A stretch of DNA of 33,231 nt from a virus (lineage: Duplodnaviria > Heunggongvirae > Uroviricota > Caudoviricetes), in the IMG/VR virus record IMGVR_UViG_2874956758_000003; one strand, 5' to 3'. A program made the position numbers and the translations under genes. Under the pieces are notes generated by a model that worked only from the letters and a program-made list of their open reading frames with translations, searched no databases and was not told the DNA's origin. Shown piece after piece: positions 8,695 to 18,296 of this stretch. Position 1 is the stretch's first letter, and each line of letters starts with the position of its first letter.

Positions 8695-10227
8695 ATGAAC
8701 GACATCTCTTCTGACGACATCTTCCTGCTGAAACAGCGCCTGGCCGAACAGGAGATCCACGCCCTGCAGGAAAAGCTGAGCAACCGGGAGCGCGAAATAG
8801 ACCATCTGCAGGCGCAGCTGGATAAACTCCGCCGGATGAACTTCGGCAGTCGTTCCGAAAAAGTCTCCCGCCGTATCGCACAAATGGAAGCCGATCTGAA
8901 CCGGCTTCAGAAAGAGAGCGATACGCTGACTGGTAGGGTGTATGACCCGGCAGTACAGCGTCCGTTGCGTCAGACCCGCACCCGTAAGCCGTTCCCTGAA
9001 TCACTACCCCGTGACGAAAAGCGACTGTTGCCTGCGGCGCCGTGCTGCCCGAACTGCGGCGGTTCACTGAGCTATCTGGGCGAGGATACCGCCGAACAGC
9101 TGGAGTTGATGCGTAGTGCCTTCCGGGTTATCCGGACGGTACGGGAAAAACATGCCTGTACTCAGTGCGATGCCATCGTGCAGGCACCTGCACCTTCGCG
9201 GCCCATCGAGCGGGGTATCGCCGGACCGGGGCTGCTGGCCCGCGTGCTGACCTCGAAGTATGCAGAGCACACCCCGCTGTATCGCCAGTCAGAAATATAC
9301 GGCCGGCAAGGTGTGAAGCTGAGCCGTTCACTGCTGTCGGGCTGGGTGGATGCATGCTGCCGGCTGCTGTCTCCGCTGGAAGAGGCGCTTCATGGCTATG
9401 TCATGACTGACGGCAAACTCCATGCTGATGATACCCCGGTCCAGGTACTGATGCCGGGTAATAAGAAGACGAAGACCGGGCGGTTGTGGGCGTATGTTCG
9501 TGATGACCGCAATGCCGGGTCAGCGTTGGCACCTGCAGTGTGGTTCGCTTACAGCCCGGACAGAAAAGGCATCCATCCGCAGACTCATCTTGCTTGCTTC
9601 AGCGGTGTGCTGCAAGCGGATGCGTACGCCGGGTTCAACGAGCTGTACCGCAATGGTGGGATAACGGAAGCTGCCTGCTGGGCTCATGCCCGCCGAAAGA
9701 TCCACGATGTGCACGTCCGCATCCCGTCAGCACTGACGGAAGAAGCCCTGGAGCAGCTCGGTCAGTTGTACGCCATAGAGGCGGATATAAGGGGAATGCC
9801 GGCAGAGCAGCGGCTTGCTGAACGTCAGCGAAAAACGAAACCGCTGTTGAAATCCCTGGAAAGCTGGTTGCGTGAAAAGATGAAGACCCTGTCGCGACAC
9901 TCAGAGTTGGCGAAGGCGTTCGCGTACGCACTTAACCAGTGGCCGGCACTGACGTACTATGCGAACGATGGCTGGGTGGAAATCGACAACAACATCGCTG
10001 AAAATGCCCTGCGGGCGGTCAGTCTGGGTCGTAAAAACTTCCTGTTCTTCGGCTCTGACCATGGTGGTGAGCGGGGAGCGCTACTGTACAGCCTGATCGG
10101 GACGTGCAAACTGAATGACGTGGATCCAGAAAGCTACCTTCGCCATGTGCTTGGCGTCATAGCAGACTGGCCGGTCAACCGGGTCAGCGAACTGCTTCCG
10201 TGGCGCATAGCACTGCCAGCTGAATAA
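8695..10227 (+). CDS. IS66-family transposase TnpC
   Basis: 510-aa ORF with N-terminal coiled region, CPNCGG...CTQC zinc-finger-like motif and C-terminal DDE-type domain; ends 37 bp before the right inverted repeat. Confidence 0.85.
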   Translation: MNDISSDDIFLLKQRLAEQEIHALQEKLSNREREIDHLQAQLDKLRRMNFGSRSEKVSRRIAQMEADLNRLQKESDTLTGRVYDPAVQRPLRQTRTRKPFPESLPRDEKRLLPAAPCCPNCGGSLSYLGEDTAEQLELMRSAFRVIRTVREKHACTQCDAIVQAPAPSRPIERGIAGPGLLARVLTSKYAEHTPLYRQSEIYGRQGVKLSRSLLSGWVDACCRLLSPLEEALHGYVMTDGKLHADDTPVQVLMPGNKKTKTGRLWAYVRDDRNAGSALAPAVWFAYSPDRKGIHPQTHLACFSGVLQADAYAGFNELYRNGGITEAACWAHARRKIHDVHVRIPSALTEEALEQLGQLYAIEADIRGMPAEQRLAERQRKTKPLLKSLESWLREKMKTLSRHSELAKAFAYALNQWPALTYYANDGWVEIDNNIAENALRAVSLGRKNFLFFGSDHGGERGALLYSLIGTCKLNDVDPESYLRHVLGVIADWPVNRVSELLPWRIALPAE

Positions 10228-10418
10228 CACATCCCCGTCAATACGGCCCTCGCTGTACGCTTACATCCAGACCTGTTTCAACATCAGTCAAAATTCTTTT
10301 AAAGTTCTCACCGTTAAGGAAATTTAGACCAGCATTCTTTACACCATTAGATATTCTAGGCTGTGTCCCTTAATCATCTGAGCTATAGTAACTGTCTGTT
10401 TACACAACATATTGAACT

Positions 10419-10868
10419 ATGGCTCGCTACGACCTTCCCGATGAGGCATGGACCATCATCAAGCCTCTGTTACCTCCTGAACCCGCCACACCACGGGCCG
10501 GACGCCCATGGGCTGAGCACCGTAAAATCATCAATGGCATGTTCTGGGTGTTATGTTACGGTGCACCATGGCGCGATTTACCCGAACGATATGGGGCATG
10601 GAAAACTGTTTATAACCGCTTTAACCAATGGTCAAAGTCAGGCGTGATTAATATTATTTTCAACAGGTTGCTTTCGCTACTTGATGCAAACGGCTTTATT
10701 GACTGGTCTGCCACCGCGCTGGATGGCAGTAATATCCGGGCGCTGAAATGTGCCGCCGGTGCTCAAAAAAACATCCCGATATCGACGGAGATAATGGGCC
10801 GGGTCGCTCTCGCGGCGGTTTTGGCACCAAAATCCATCTGGCAACAGACGGAAGTGGCCTCCCGTTAA
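10419..10868 (+). CDS. IS5-family transposase, OrfA part (DUF4096-like N-terminal domain)
   Basis: MARYDLPDEAWTIIKPLLPPE... N-terminal motif typical of two-ORF IS5-family transposases; overlaps the next ORF by 121 bp in another frame, suggesting a programmed frameshift. Confidence 0.6.
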   Translation: MARYDLPDEAWTIIKPLLPPEPATPRAGRPWAEHRKIINGMFWVLCYGAPWRDLPERYGAWKTVYNRFNQWSKSGVINIIFNRLLSLLDANGFIDWSATALDGSNIRALKCAAGAQKNIPISTEIMGRVALAAVLAPKSIWQQTEVASR

Positions 10869-11263
10869 ATATCGTGCTAAGCCCCGGACAAGCTCATGAA
10901 AGCCAGTTCGCGCAACGACTTCTGGACGGGATTGGCGTTCAGCGTCAGAACGGCAGCATGAAACGCCGTGGACATGCGGTACTGGCTGATAAAGCGTATT
11001 CAGGGCGCGCATTGCGCAACGAGCTGAAAAATAACGGTATAAAGGCAGTAATCCCCCGAAAGTCAAATGAGAAAATGGCATCGGATGGACGTGCACAGCT
11101 TGATCGTGATGCGTACCGCAATCGTAATGTCGTTGAACGGTGCTTTGGGCGGCTGAAAGAATATCGCCGCATCGCCACGCGTTACGACAAAACGGCGAGA
11201 AATTACCTGGCGATGGTGAAACTGGGCTGCATCCGACTCTTTTATCAACGCTTACGTAATTAA
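10748..11263 (+). CDS. IS5-family transposase, OrfB part (DDE domain)
   Basis: C-terminal DDE-type region ...[30 protein letters not shown]...[24 protein letters not shown]... Confidence 0.6.
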   Translation: MCRRCSKKHPDIDGDNGPGRSRGGFGTKIHLATDGSGLPLNIVLSPGQAHESQFAQRLLDGIGVQRQNGSMKRRGHAVLADKAYSGRALRNELKNNGIKAVIPRKSNEKMASDGRAQLDRDAYRNRNVVERCFGRLKEYRRIATRYDKTARNYLAMVKLGCIRLFYQRLRN

Positions 11264-11365
11264 GGGACACAGCCTAGACTGGCCCCCTGAATCTCCAGAC
11301 AACCAGTATCACTTAAATAAGTGATAGTCTTAATACTAGTTTTTAGACTAGTCATTGGAGAACAG

Positions 11366-11731
11366 ATGATTGATGTCTTAGGGCCGGAGAAACGCAGACG
11401 GCGTACCACACAGGAAAAGATCGCAATTGTTCAGCAGAGCTTTGAACCGGGGATGACGGTCTCCCTCGTTGCCCGGCAACATGGTGTAGCAGCCAGCCAG
11501 TTATTTCTCTGGCGTAAGCAATACCAGGAAGGAAGTCTTACTGCTGTGGCCGCCGGAGAACAGGTTGTTCCTGCCTCTCAACTTGCTGCCGCCATGAAGC
11601 AGATTAAAGAACTCCAGCGCCTGCTCGGCAAGAAAACGATGGAAAATGAACTCCTCAAAGAAGCCGTTGAATATGGACGGGCAAAAAAGTGGATAGCGCA
11701 CGCGCCCTTATTGCCCGGGGATGGGGAGTAA
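11366..11731 (+). CDS. insC: IS2 OrfA (InsC)
   Basis: 121 codons from [47 protein letters not shown] (HTH). Confidence 0.85.
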
Positions 11732-12594
11732 GCTTAGTCAGCCGTTGTCTCCGGGTGTCGCGTGCGCAGTTGCACGTCATTCTCAGACGAACCGATGACT
11801 GGATGGATGGCCGCCGCAGTCGTCACACTGATGATACGGATGTGCTTCTCCGTATACACCATGTTATCGGGGAGCTGCCCACGTATGGTTATCGTCGGGT
11901 ATGGGCGCTGCTTCGCAGACAGGCAGAACTTGATGGTATGCCTGCGATCAATGCCAAACGTGTTTACCGGATCATGCGCCAGAATGCGCTGTTGCTTGAG
12001 CGAAAACCTGCTGTACCGCCATCGAAACGGGCACATACAGGCAGAGTGGCCGTGAAAGAAAGCAATCAGCGATGGTGCTCTGACGGGTTCGAGTTCTGCT
12101 GTGATAACGGAGAGAGACTGCGTGTCACGTTCGCGCTGGACTGCTGTGATCGTGAGGCACTGCACTGGGCGGTGACTACCGGCGGCTTCAACAGTGAAAC
12201 AGTACAGGACGTCATGCTGGGAGCGGTGGAACGCCGCTTCGGCAACGATCTTCCGTCGTCTCCAGTGGAGTGGCTGACGGATAATGGTTCATGCTACCGG
12301 GCTAATGAAACACGCCAGTTCGCCCGGATGTTGGGACTTGAACCGAAGAACACGGCGGTGCGGAGTCCGGAGAGTAACGGAATAGCAGAGAGCTTCGTGA
12401 AAACGATAAAGCGTGACTACATCAGTATCATGCCCAAACCAGACGGGTTAACGGCAGCAAAGAACCTTGCAGAGGCGTTCGAGCATTATAACGAATGGCA
12501 TCCGCATAGTGCGCTGGGTTATCGCTCGCCACGGGAATATCTGCGGCAGCGGGCTTGTAATGGGTTAAGTGATAACAGATGTCTGGAAATATAG
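11689..12594 (+). CDS. insD: IS2 OrfB transposase (InsD)
   Basis: 301-aa ORF with GTG start, overlapping insC by 43 bp; IS3-family DDE motif region ...[11 protein letters not shown]... Confidence 0.9.
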
Positions 12595-12605
12595 GGGCAA
12601 ATCCA

Positions 12606-12634
12606 GGGTGTTGCATTGACAGATTGAATCTACA
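12606..12634 (+). mobile_element. IS30 right-end remnant (29 bp)
   Basis: GGGTGTTGCATTGACAGATTGAATCTACA is identical to the last 29 bp of the IS30 copies at 4256-4284 (reverse) and 29078-29106. Confidence 0.75.
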
Positions 12635-13573
12635 ACAGCGTATTTTGCCCAGGAGTCGCTGAAAAATACGCGTTAGTCGAACAATGGCGACAACAATTCC
12701 CTGTTGAAGCGATGTGTCAGGTATTTGGTGTATCCAGGAGCGGTTATTACAACTGGGTACAGCATGAACCCTCAGACAGAAAACAAAGTGATGAGCGGCT
12801 AAAACTGGAGATTAAGGTGGCACATATCCGCACTCGCGAAACATATGGAACCCGGCGGCTCCAGACGGAGCTGGCAGAGAATGGCATCATCGTTGGTCGT
12901 GACCGACTGGCACGTCTTCGTAAGGAGCTGAGGCTGCACTGTAAGCAGAAACGCAAATTCAGGGCGACCACAAACTCAGACCACAATCTGCCGGTTACGC
13001 CGAATCTGCTGAATCAGAACTTTACGCCCACAGCACCTAATCAGGTCTGGGTCGCAGATATAACGTATGTTGCCACCCGGGAAGGATGGCTGTATCTCGC
13101 CGGCGTCAAAGATGTTTATACGTGCGAAATTGTCGGCTACGCCATGGGAGAGCGCATGACAAAAGAGCTGACAGGTAAAGCCCTGTTTATGGCGCTCAGG
13201 AGCCAGCGCCCACCTGCCGGGCTAATCCACCACACCGTTCGAGGTTCACAGTACTGCGCATACGATTACCGGGTCATACAGGAGCAGTCTGGTCTGAAAA
13301 CATCAATGTCGCGTAAAGGTAACTGTTACGACAACGCTCCGATGGAAAGCTTCTGGGGAACGCTGAAAAATGAGAGCCTGAGCCACTATCGTTTTAATAA
13401 CCGGGATGAAGCCATCTCAGTAATACGGGAATACATTGAGATTTTCTACAATCGTCAGCGTCGTCACTCTCGTCTGGGGAATATCTCCCCGGCAGCCTTC
13501 AGGGAAAAATATCATCAGATGGCTGCTTAAAAAAAGAACAAATGGTAGTGTCCGCTATTGCCAGTACACCTCA
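12635..13573 (+). mobile_element. IS600, 3' portion only (orfA C-terminus + orfB), copy 2
   Basis: Begins at the same IS30/IS600 junction (ACAGCGTATTTTGC...) as the other two copies; ends with the IS600 right terminus ...CCAGTACACCTCA. Confidence 0.8.
12712..13530 (+). CDS. IS600 OrfB transposase, variant with HTVRG in place of HSDRG
   Basis: 272-aa ORF identical to copy 1 except for the DDE-motif segment (HSDRGSQY -> HTVRGSQY). Confidence 0.8.
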   Translation: MCQVFGVSRSGYYNWVQHEPSDRKQSDERLKLEIKVAHIRTRETYGTRRLQTELAENGIIVGRDRLARLRKELRLHCKQKRKFRATTNSDHNLPVTPNLLNQNFTPTAPNQVWVADITYVATREGWLYLAGVKDVYTCEIVGYAMGERMTKELTGKALFMALRSQRPPAGLIHHTVRGSQYCAYDYRVIQEQSGLKTSMSRKGNCYDNAPMESFWGTLKNESLSHYRFNNRDEAISVIREYIEIFYNRQRRHSRLGNISPAAFREKYHQMAA

Positions 13574-13935
13574 TCCCCCTCAGTGATTTCTTCAACAATA
13601 CTCTGGAGGTAAACGCGGCACACCGCCCATACCTCATCACCCCGGATATACGGCAGCATGACGCTACCGACGATCCGCGATTTAAAATCCTCCTCCGTCA
13701 GAACTGCGTCGTCAGGATGGTTTGTGATAACCGGAAGGCCATTGCATCGCCTTAAAAACTCCTCGTTCAGATAGAGCTTTGGATCACGCCAGACGTGCTC
13801 TTTCAGCCCGGCGCGATAGGCAAGCCCGGTTCCGGTTATTCGCAAATTCACCAGCCACATGTTGGAGAATTTCACCGGAGACGGAACGGTTCCGTCCCTG
13901 ATGCGTTCTGCCACTTCAAGCTCGGTTAAACTCAC
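13555..13935 (-). pseudogene. phage hypothetical protein, 3' end replaced by the IS600 terminus
   Basis: 126-aa ORF whose last ~6 codons and stop codon lie inside the IS600 right end (IS ends at 13573), so the native C-terminus is lost. Next gene downstream of the head genes on the minus strand. Confidence 0.35.
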
Positions 13936-14074
13936 GTTTGCCCTTCTCCGTTAAAAATTCGTCGGGTAGTTTCTGAGGGGCGTAGATCGGCAGTGCATCG
14001 CAACTGCAATAAACCTCCTCCCCGGCAGCAGTGATTTCGTCATAAAAACCATATACGGGCTTAATCAGCCCCTG

Positions 14075-14749
14075 CTACAGCGCCCACGAATCGCGGAGGA
14101 GATAAATCTTCTCGTCGCGCTCTTTGTGGTCCTGTCGGTATTTGTAGCCCGGACGCCGCCAGTTCGAATGCCAGCGCAGAGCAATCGCACCACTCTGAAC
14201 AGCCAGCAGATATTTAACGTTGCTCGCCAGCTTATGTCCCTGGTCAATAGCCACCCGGCGACTGATAAAATCCATATCCTTCACGGACTTCTGAAAACCG
14301 GACTTCACTTCCCGGCGATCTATTTCGCTCACCCCGTCAGGTGGAATGGACGTAACCCACCCCTGAAAACGCTGTATGGTTTTCTCGATGGCCTGTTCGC
14401 GGTTGAGTTTTATCAGGTTGGCACTGGCGAAAATTCGCCTGTCGAGTTCCTTGCGAAACTCAGGTTTCAGTTTTTCAACAGTGATTTTTTTAGGGCCGTC
14501 AGGAGGCTGATCCCGTAATGCCCCGCCGTCGATGACAAGACGGCTGTAGATAGCGGTGAGATATTTTCTGGCTACGGTATCATCAGGGGTTTCTCGCTGA
14601 GCGGCTACACGGAGTTTCCGGCACCATTCGAGCAATGATTTTTCGCTATCCCACCCGTGATTTACGTAGTAGTTAACGGCATCCGTCAGAACCTCATACA
14701 GCGTCCTGATCCGTTTCTTCTTCCTCCCCGCCCGGCTGGAAATTGCCAT
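14075..14749 (-). CDS. phage head-morphogenesis-like protein (function uncertain)
   Basis: 224 codons from ATG 14749 preceded by AGGAG; overlaps the portal 3' end by 56 bp. Positioned directly after the portal, as minor head / morphogenesis genes are in many tailed phages. Confidence 0.35.
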   Translation of the reverse strand: MAISSRAGRKKKRIRTLYEVLTDAVNYYVNHGWDSEKSLLEWCRKLRVAAQRETPDDTVARKYLTAIYSRLVIDGGALRDQPPDGPKKITVEKLKPEFRKELDRRIFASANLIKLNREQAIEKTIQRFQGWVTSIPPDGVSEIDRREVKSGFQKSVKDMDFISRRVAIDQGHKLASNVKYLLAVQSGAIALRWHSNWRRPGYKYRQDHKERDEKIYLLRDSWAL

Positions 14750-16130
14750 CAGGCGTCTCCTGCTTCGGTGGTTCATAATTCGCCAGCGCGTCCACATCAA
14801 TGATGAGTGGAGCTTCGCCATAGGTCTGCGTGGCATTAACAAGGCTTGCCAGCCATTCAGTGACGGCGGCACGGTTTTCAGGATCAACCTGTGGCGACAC
14901 GGCAGAGAAAAGTGCTATCGCCTGTTGAATCACTTTACTGTCGCTTTCCCGGCGTTTGTCCGGCGACTCCTCCACCAGCTCCTGCCACGTCGCGGTAAAT
15001 TCACGTCGCCACTGATAAAACGTGGTTTTATAGTCCTCGGTTATGATGTCCGGGTAATCATTTTTCAGCGACTGATAAAATTCCTCGTTCCAGGCGATGT
15101 ACTGCACCAGGCGTTCGAAATAATCCATCACAGGTTCAATCTGCTGGCGTACACCATCGATATACTGGCTGATGGCTTTCGAGTCCTCCTTACCTTCACC
15201 GAATCCGTTACTGAATGCTTCTTCCTTGATAATAATGGCCGGAACGTCACTCCCGGCGGCAATATCAGCAATGATATTGTCGCGGGCAGTATTCAGCGCC
15301 CCGTCGATGTTTTGCAGGTTCAGTGAACTTACGTCTTCGTCTTTTCCAATACTCAACACGCCTTTATTTTTGGCGGCTTTCACGTTTTCCCTTTTACGCC
15401 CCGTGGCAGCAGCCATGATCCCGTCAATTTTCGAACCATTCTGCACAACTTTAGCCACCAGTACGCCTGCCTTCTGGCTGACGAGATCATTCGCCTCCAT
15501 CGTATTGATATAGGATGTCAGGGAATAAAGAACTCGCTGAAACACGCTTCGCCCGGTGAATCCGAACGATGAACTCTGAAACTCCAGATAAATCGGTGTA
15601 CCGTTGAAAATTTTCAACGTACGTGACGGATGCCAGTCTTTTCCGCCAATCTTCAGCTTTTTATTGGCTTCCTGGAAAAACGGACTATTTGGGTTCTGGT
15701 CAGTCACCATCGAACCGGAAGCGTTCAACGGATCCCACGCGTTGATATACACGTCATCTTCTGTCAGTCCGAACGTCGGAAGCGGTTCACGACATGGAAC
15801 GCTGTCGGTGCCCACGCCGATCGCTGCGGCACCGTAGCAACGAGACAGAAAAAACAGATTTTTAATCTTCTCGTTGACCTTCATGCGTTCCCATACCTCC
15901 TGAAAACGCCTCACAACCCTCTCGTCAGGGTCTGTCTCCACGTTATACTGTCGCGGCTTACACATCGCCATCAGTATGGGTTTTTCGACAAGTTTTCCGC
16001 CCAGAGGATGGAATTGCCACAGCTGCTTACACAATTCATAGCCAATGTCGGTTCCCGGCTGAATTTCTTCAGCCTCAAGAATATGCATCAGTGCTGAACC
16101 GAGGCCGCCAGTAATCTCGATCTCTGCCAT
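14694..16130 (-). CDS. putative phage portal protein
   Basis: 478 codons from ATG 16130 (AGGAT RBS); acidic C-terminal tail (GGEEEETDQDAV). Gene order TerS-TerL-this ORF. Assigned by position and size, not by a recognised motif. Confidence 0.5.
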   Translation of the reverse strand: MAEIEITGGLGSALMHILEAEEIQPGTDIGYELCKQLWQFHPLGGKLVEKPILMAMCKPRQYNVETDPDERVVRRFQEVWERMKVNEKIKNLFFLSRCYGAAAIGVGTDSVPCREPLPTFGLTEDDVYINAWDPLNASGSMVTDQNPNSPFFQEANKKLKIGGKDWHPSRTLKIFNGTPIYLEFQSSSFGFTGRSVFQRVLYSLTSYINTMEANDLVSQKAGVLVAKVVQNGSKIDGIMAAATGRKRENVKAAKNKGVLSIGKDEDVSSLNLQNIDGALNTARDNIIADIAAGSDVPAIIIKEEAFSNGFGEGKEDSKAISQYIDGVRQQIEPVMDYFERLVQYIAWNEEFYQSLKNDYPDIITEDYKTTFYQWRREFTATWQELVEESPDKRRESDSKVIQQAIALFSAVSPQVDPENRAAVTEWLASLVNATQTYGEAPLIIDVDALANYEPPKQETPDGNFQPGGEEEETDQDAV

Positions 16131-16148
16131 CAAAAATATCCTGATTTT

Positions 16149-17477
16149 TTACAACGCCGCGTAATTACCGTGCGCGATGATCAACCCATAGGTGTAACAA
16201 TCGAAAAGGTCATCAGCACGTTTATGCGCGTCTTTGTCTGCCAGGTGGAACCCGGCGATTTGTTTTATGAGGTGGTTTGCAGTGGTGCGTTTGAATGAAA
16301 CGGTCTTGTCGTAAGCCTCCCGGACGATTTTGCACATCCCCTGATAGTGGTAGCTGGATGCCATCACCGCCCGTTCGTCTTTGCCCTTGCTGGTTAGTGC
16401 CGATTTAATCGGCGTCATATCCCAGCCTTCGGTTTCCGCCTTCTGGTTGAGGATTGCCCCCATCGCAGCGTCTTCCATAAAAATTCCCTGGCTGCCCAGA
16501 CGCGGACGGCATAATTTCACGAGGCGCTCAAGGTTGTCATAAACGCCGGGGATATATTCAGGAAGCAATGACGCTTTAATTTGCGTCACATCCCAGTCAA
16601 TAATCGTCAGTTTTGGCTCTTCCGAATACGTTGACTCATAAGCGAAATACAACACGCCAGTACCATCATTTTCGGTCCCGCCTTTCAGCGCCGTATCCAT
16701 CACTGCGAAAATCATGTCGCAGTACGGCGGCATCTCAATCGGCTGACCGTCCACCAGCAGCTTATCGACATCGAGTAACGCGTCTTTGGACCAGTCCACG
16801 AACTCGGCAAGATATTCCTGCTGCCAGACGCGCGGATCGGATTTCTTCTCCGTTTCCTCCAGTTCTTCTTTCGGAATATACGGATTCGATGAAGTTGGCG
16901 CATGGTGCATGACAAATCCCAGGGATTCATCGTGGCATATCGCGTAGAAAAAATTGCTCTCGTCGATACCGTTTGGTGTGGAAAATACCCACGCACAGCC
17001 GCGGTAATCGACAAGCGTCGGGCGTATAGCTCGGGGCCAGATTTCCTCGAGCATTTCCGGCGATTTAGTGAATGCTGCCTCATCAATCAGCACAGCGTGA
17101 TATTTACGCCCACGCCCGGCCAGTTTGTTATTGTCCGTTACCCAAAAGTCGATGCGCCCCCCATTACGGAGAATAATGCGCTTTTCATTTTTTGACTGGC
17201 TGAGGATCAGCGGTTGCAGAACGGCGCTAATTTCATCCCAGATTTCCTGGTACTGGCGGTATTGTGCGGTAAAAATCCCCACCCTACCCGCGATAAGTTG
17301 CCCGGTGGTAGGAACGGCAAATTTCCGCGTAGCGAAACTGGTAGCGATGTTTACCAGCATCACCGTTTTACCCCAGCGACGACCACAGCATACCGCGTGG
17401 AAGCGTTCCTCTATTGCCGCCGTCCATGCAGCTATTTGCCCCTCATGAAGTTTTGGGAGGTAGATTTCAATCGACAT
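16149..17477 (-). CDS. phage terminase large subunit
   Basis: 442 aa; Walker A CGRRWGKT near the N-terminus, Walker B-like HAVLIDEAAF, C-terminal nuclease-type acidic residues; overlaps TerS by 11 bp. Confidence 0.85.
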   Translation of the reverse strand: MSIEIYLPKLHEGQIAAWTAAIEERFHAVCCGRRWGKTVMLVNIATSFATRKFAVPTTGQLIAGRVGIFTAQYRQYQEIWDEISAVLQPLILSQSKNEKRIILRNGGRIDFWVTDNNKLAGRGRKYHAVLIDEAAFTKSPEMLEEIWPRAIRPTLVDYRGCAWVFSTPNGIDESNFFYAICHDESLGFVMHHAPTSSNPYIPKEELEETEKKSDPRVWQQEYLAEFVDWSKDALLDVDKLLVDGQPIEMPPYCDMIFAVMDTALKGGTENDGTGVLYFAYESTYSEEPKLTIIDWDVTQIKASLLPEYIPGVYDNLERLVKLCRPRLGSQGIFMEDAAMGAILNQKAETEGWDMTPIKSALTSKGKDERAVMASSYHYQGMCKIVREAYDKTVSFKRTTANHLIKQIAGFHLADKDAHKRADDLFDCYTYGLIIAHGNYAAL

Positions 17478-18222
17478 TATCCACTCCCGGCATCGGCAGA
17501 GAGTTGTGGATAATTATTTCGTTATTCTCACCACCCACGCCTTTTTTGAGGTTTTCAATCTCAGTGCGCAGCTTTTCGTTGCGAAGCCTCAGTCCTTCAA
17601 GCTCCAGATCATTGCGACTGTCAGTTGCACCACCAGCTGAACTTCCTTTCGTCGCCATTATCAGCTTGATAAGTTCGCGCCGGGCGGCAGCCTTATCCTC
17701 CAGCAGGATCTCAACACCAAATTTCCCGAGCTTTGCCCCTGCATATAATTGTCGCGCATCCCCATCAAGCAGAGTGGTATCAGCCATATAAAGCTGTCCC
17801 GTTCCCTCACCGCAGCACTTCGGACAATCCGGATTGGGTATGGCGTTATCAACAAAGCCGAGGCCTCCATATTCCGGCTCGGGTTTGCCATCTCTGGAGG
17901 CCTGTGCCGCTGCCTTATCGAATTCTGCAATATCACGCCACTGGTAGAGATGATTCTCGCCCCAGCAATAACGGCAGTTAACACGGCGAAATTGTGCCAA
18001 CTGATTGGGGTCGGCCTGGACAATAGCCATCAACTGACTCACCAGTAAATCCAGGTCTGCGGTATAGCGTTTCTGATACTGATTGCGGAAGTAGCTGATA
18101 GCACGATAAACCCTGGCATTTCTAAGCATACGGCTGGCGTTGCTGTTAGCTGTCGCACCTTGCCCCTCATAACCAGCCAGTCGGTATGCCTCTGTCGGCT
18201 TTTTCCCCTGAGCAACAAGCAT
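17467..18222 (-). CDS. phage terminase small subunit (possibly the C-terminal part of a frameshifted gene)
   Basis: N-terminus MLVAQGKKPTEAYRLAGYEGQGATANSNASRMLRNARVYRAI resembles the terminase small-subunit DNA-binding motif; immediately upstream of TerL. Confidence 0.55.
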   Translation of the reverse strand: MLVAQGKKPTEAYRLAGYEGQGATANSNASRMLRNARVYRAISYFRNQYQKRYTADLDLLVSQLMAIVQADPNQLAQFRRVNCRYCWGENHLYQWRDIAEFDKAAAQASRDGKPEPEYGGLGFVDNAIPNPDCPKCCGEGTGQLYMADTTLLDGDARQLYAGAKLGKFGVEILLEDKAAARRELIKLIMATKGSSAGGATDSRNDLELEGLRLRNEKLRTEIENLKKGVGGENNEIIIHNSLPMPGVDNVD

Positions 18223-18296
18223 CGCAAACTTAGCCTGCTGGTCAGAAATGCCGAATTCATCGGGGCAGAACGAAAATTCCTCCGCGTCGCCCTCAT

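Larger units (their letters stand above)
7830..10264 (+). mobile_element. IS66-family insertion sequence (three-gene tnpA-tnpB-tnpC type)
   Basis: Termini GTAAGCGTACAGC...GCTGTACGCTTAC (13-bp perfect inverted repeats); three ORFs in the typical IS66 arrangement. No 8-bp target duplication detected at the ends as I placed them. Confidence 0.75.
10359..11274 (+). mobile_element. IS5-family insertion sequence (IS427-group-like, two overlapping ORFs)
   Basis: Terminal inverted repeats GGCTGTGTCCCTTAA...TTAAGGGACACAGCC; the right end abuts the IS2 left end directly at 11274/11275. Confidence 0.55.
11275..12605 (+). mobile_element. IS2, complete (1331 bp), copy 1
   Basis: Ends TAGACTGGCCCCCTGAATCTCC...ATAGGGGCAAATCCA. 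Flanked on the left by the IS5-family end and on the right by an IS30 right-end remnant; no 5-bp target duplication. Confidence 0.9.

Noticed and set aside
8453-9931. Multiple ORFs overlapping IS66-family tnpB/tnpC on both strands
   Set aside because: Embedded in the transposase genes; Arg/Pro/Ala-rich products typical of off-frame translation of GC-rich coding DNA.
11734-12165. 143-aa antisense ORF inside IS2 insD, present in all three IS2 copies
   Set aside because: An IS-internal frame on the opposite strand of a recognised transposase gene; no independent evidence.
14065-14518. 60-aa and 130-aa ORFs overlapping the head-morphogenesis-like gene
   Set aside because: Overlap a longer ORF that has an RBS and sensible context; no motifs.
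16613-18048. Numerous alternate-frame ORFs within terL and terS
   Set aside because: All nested within the terminase genes; no start-site support.
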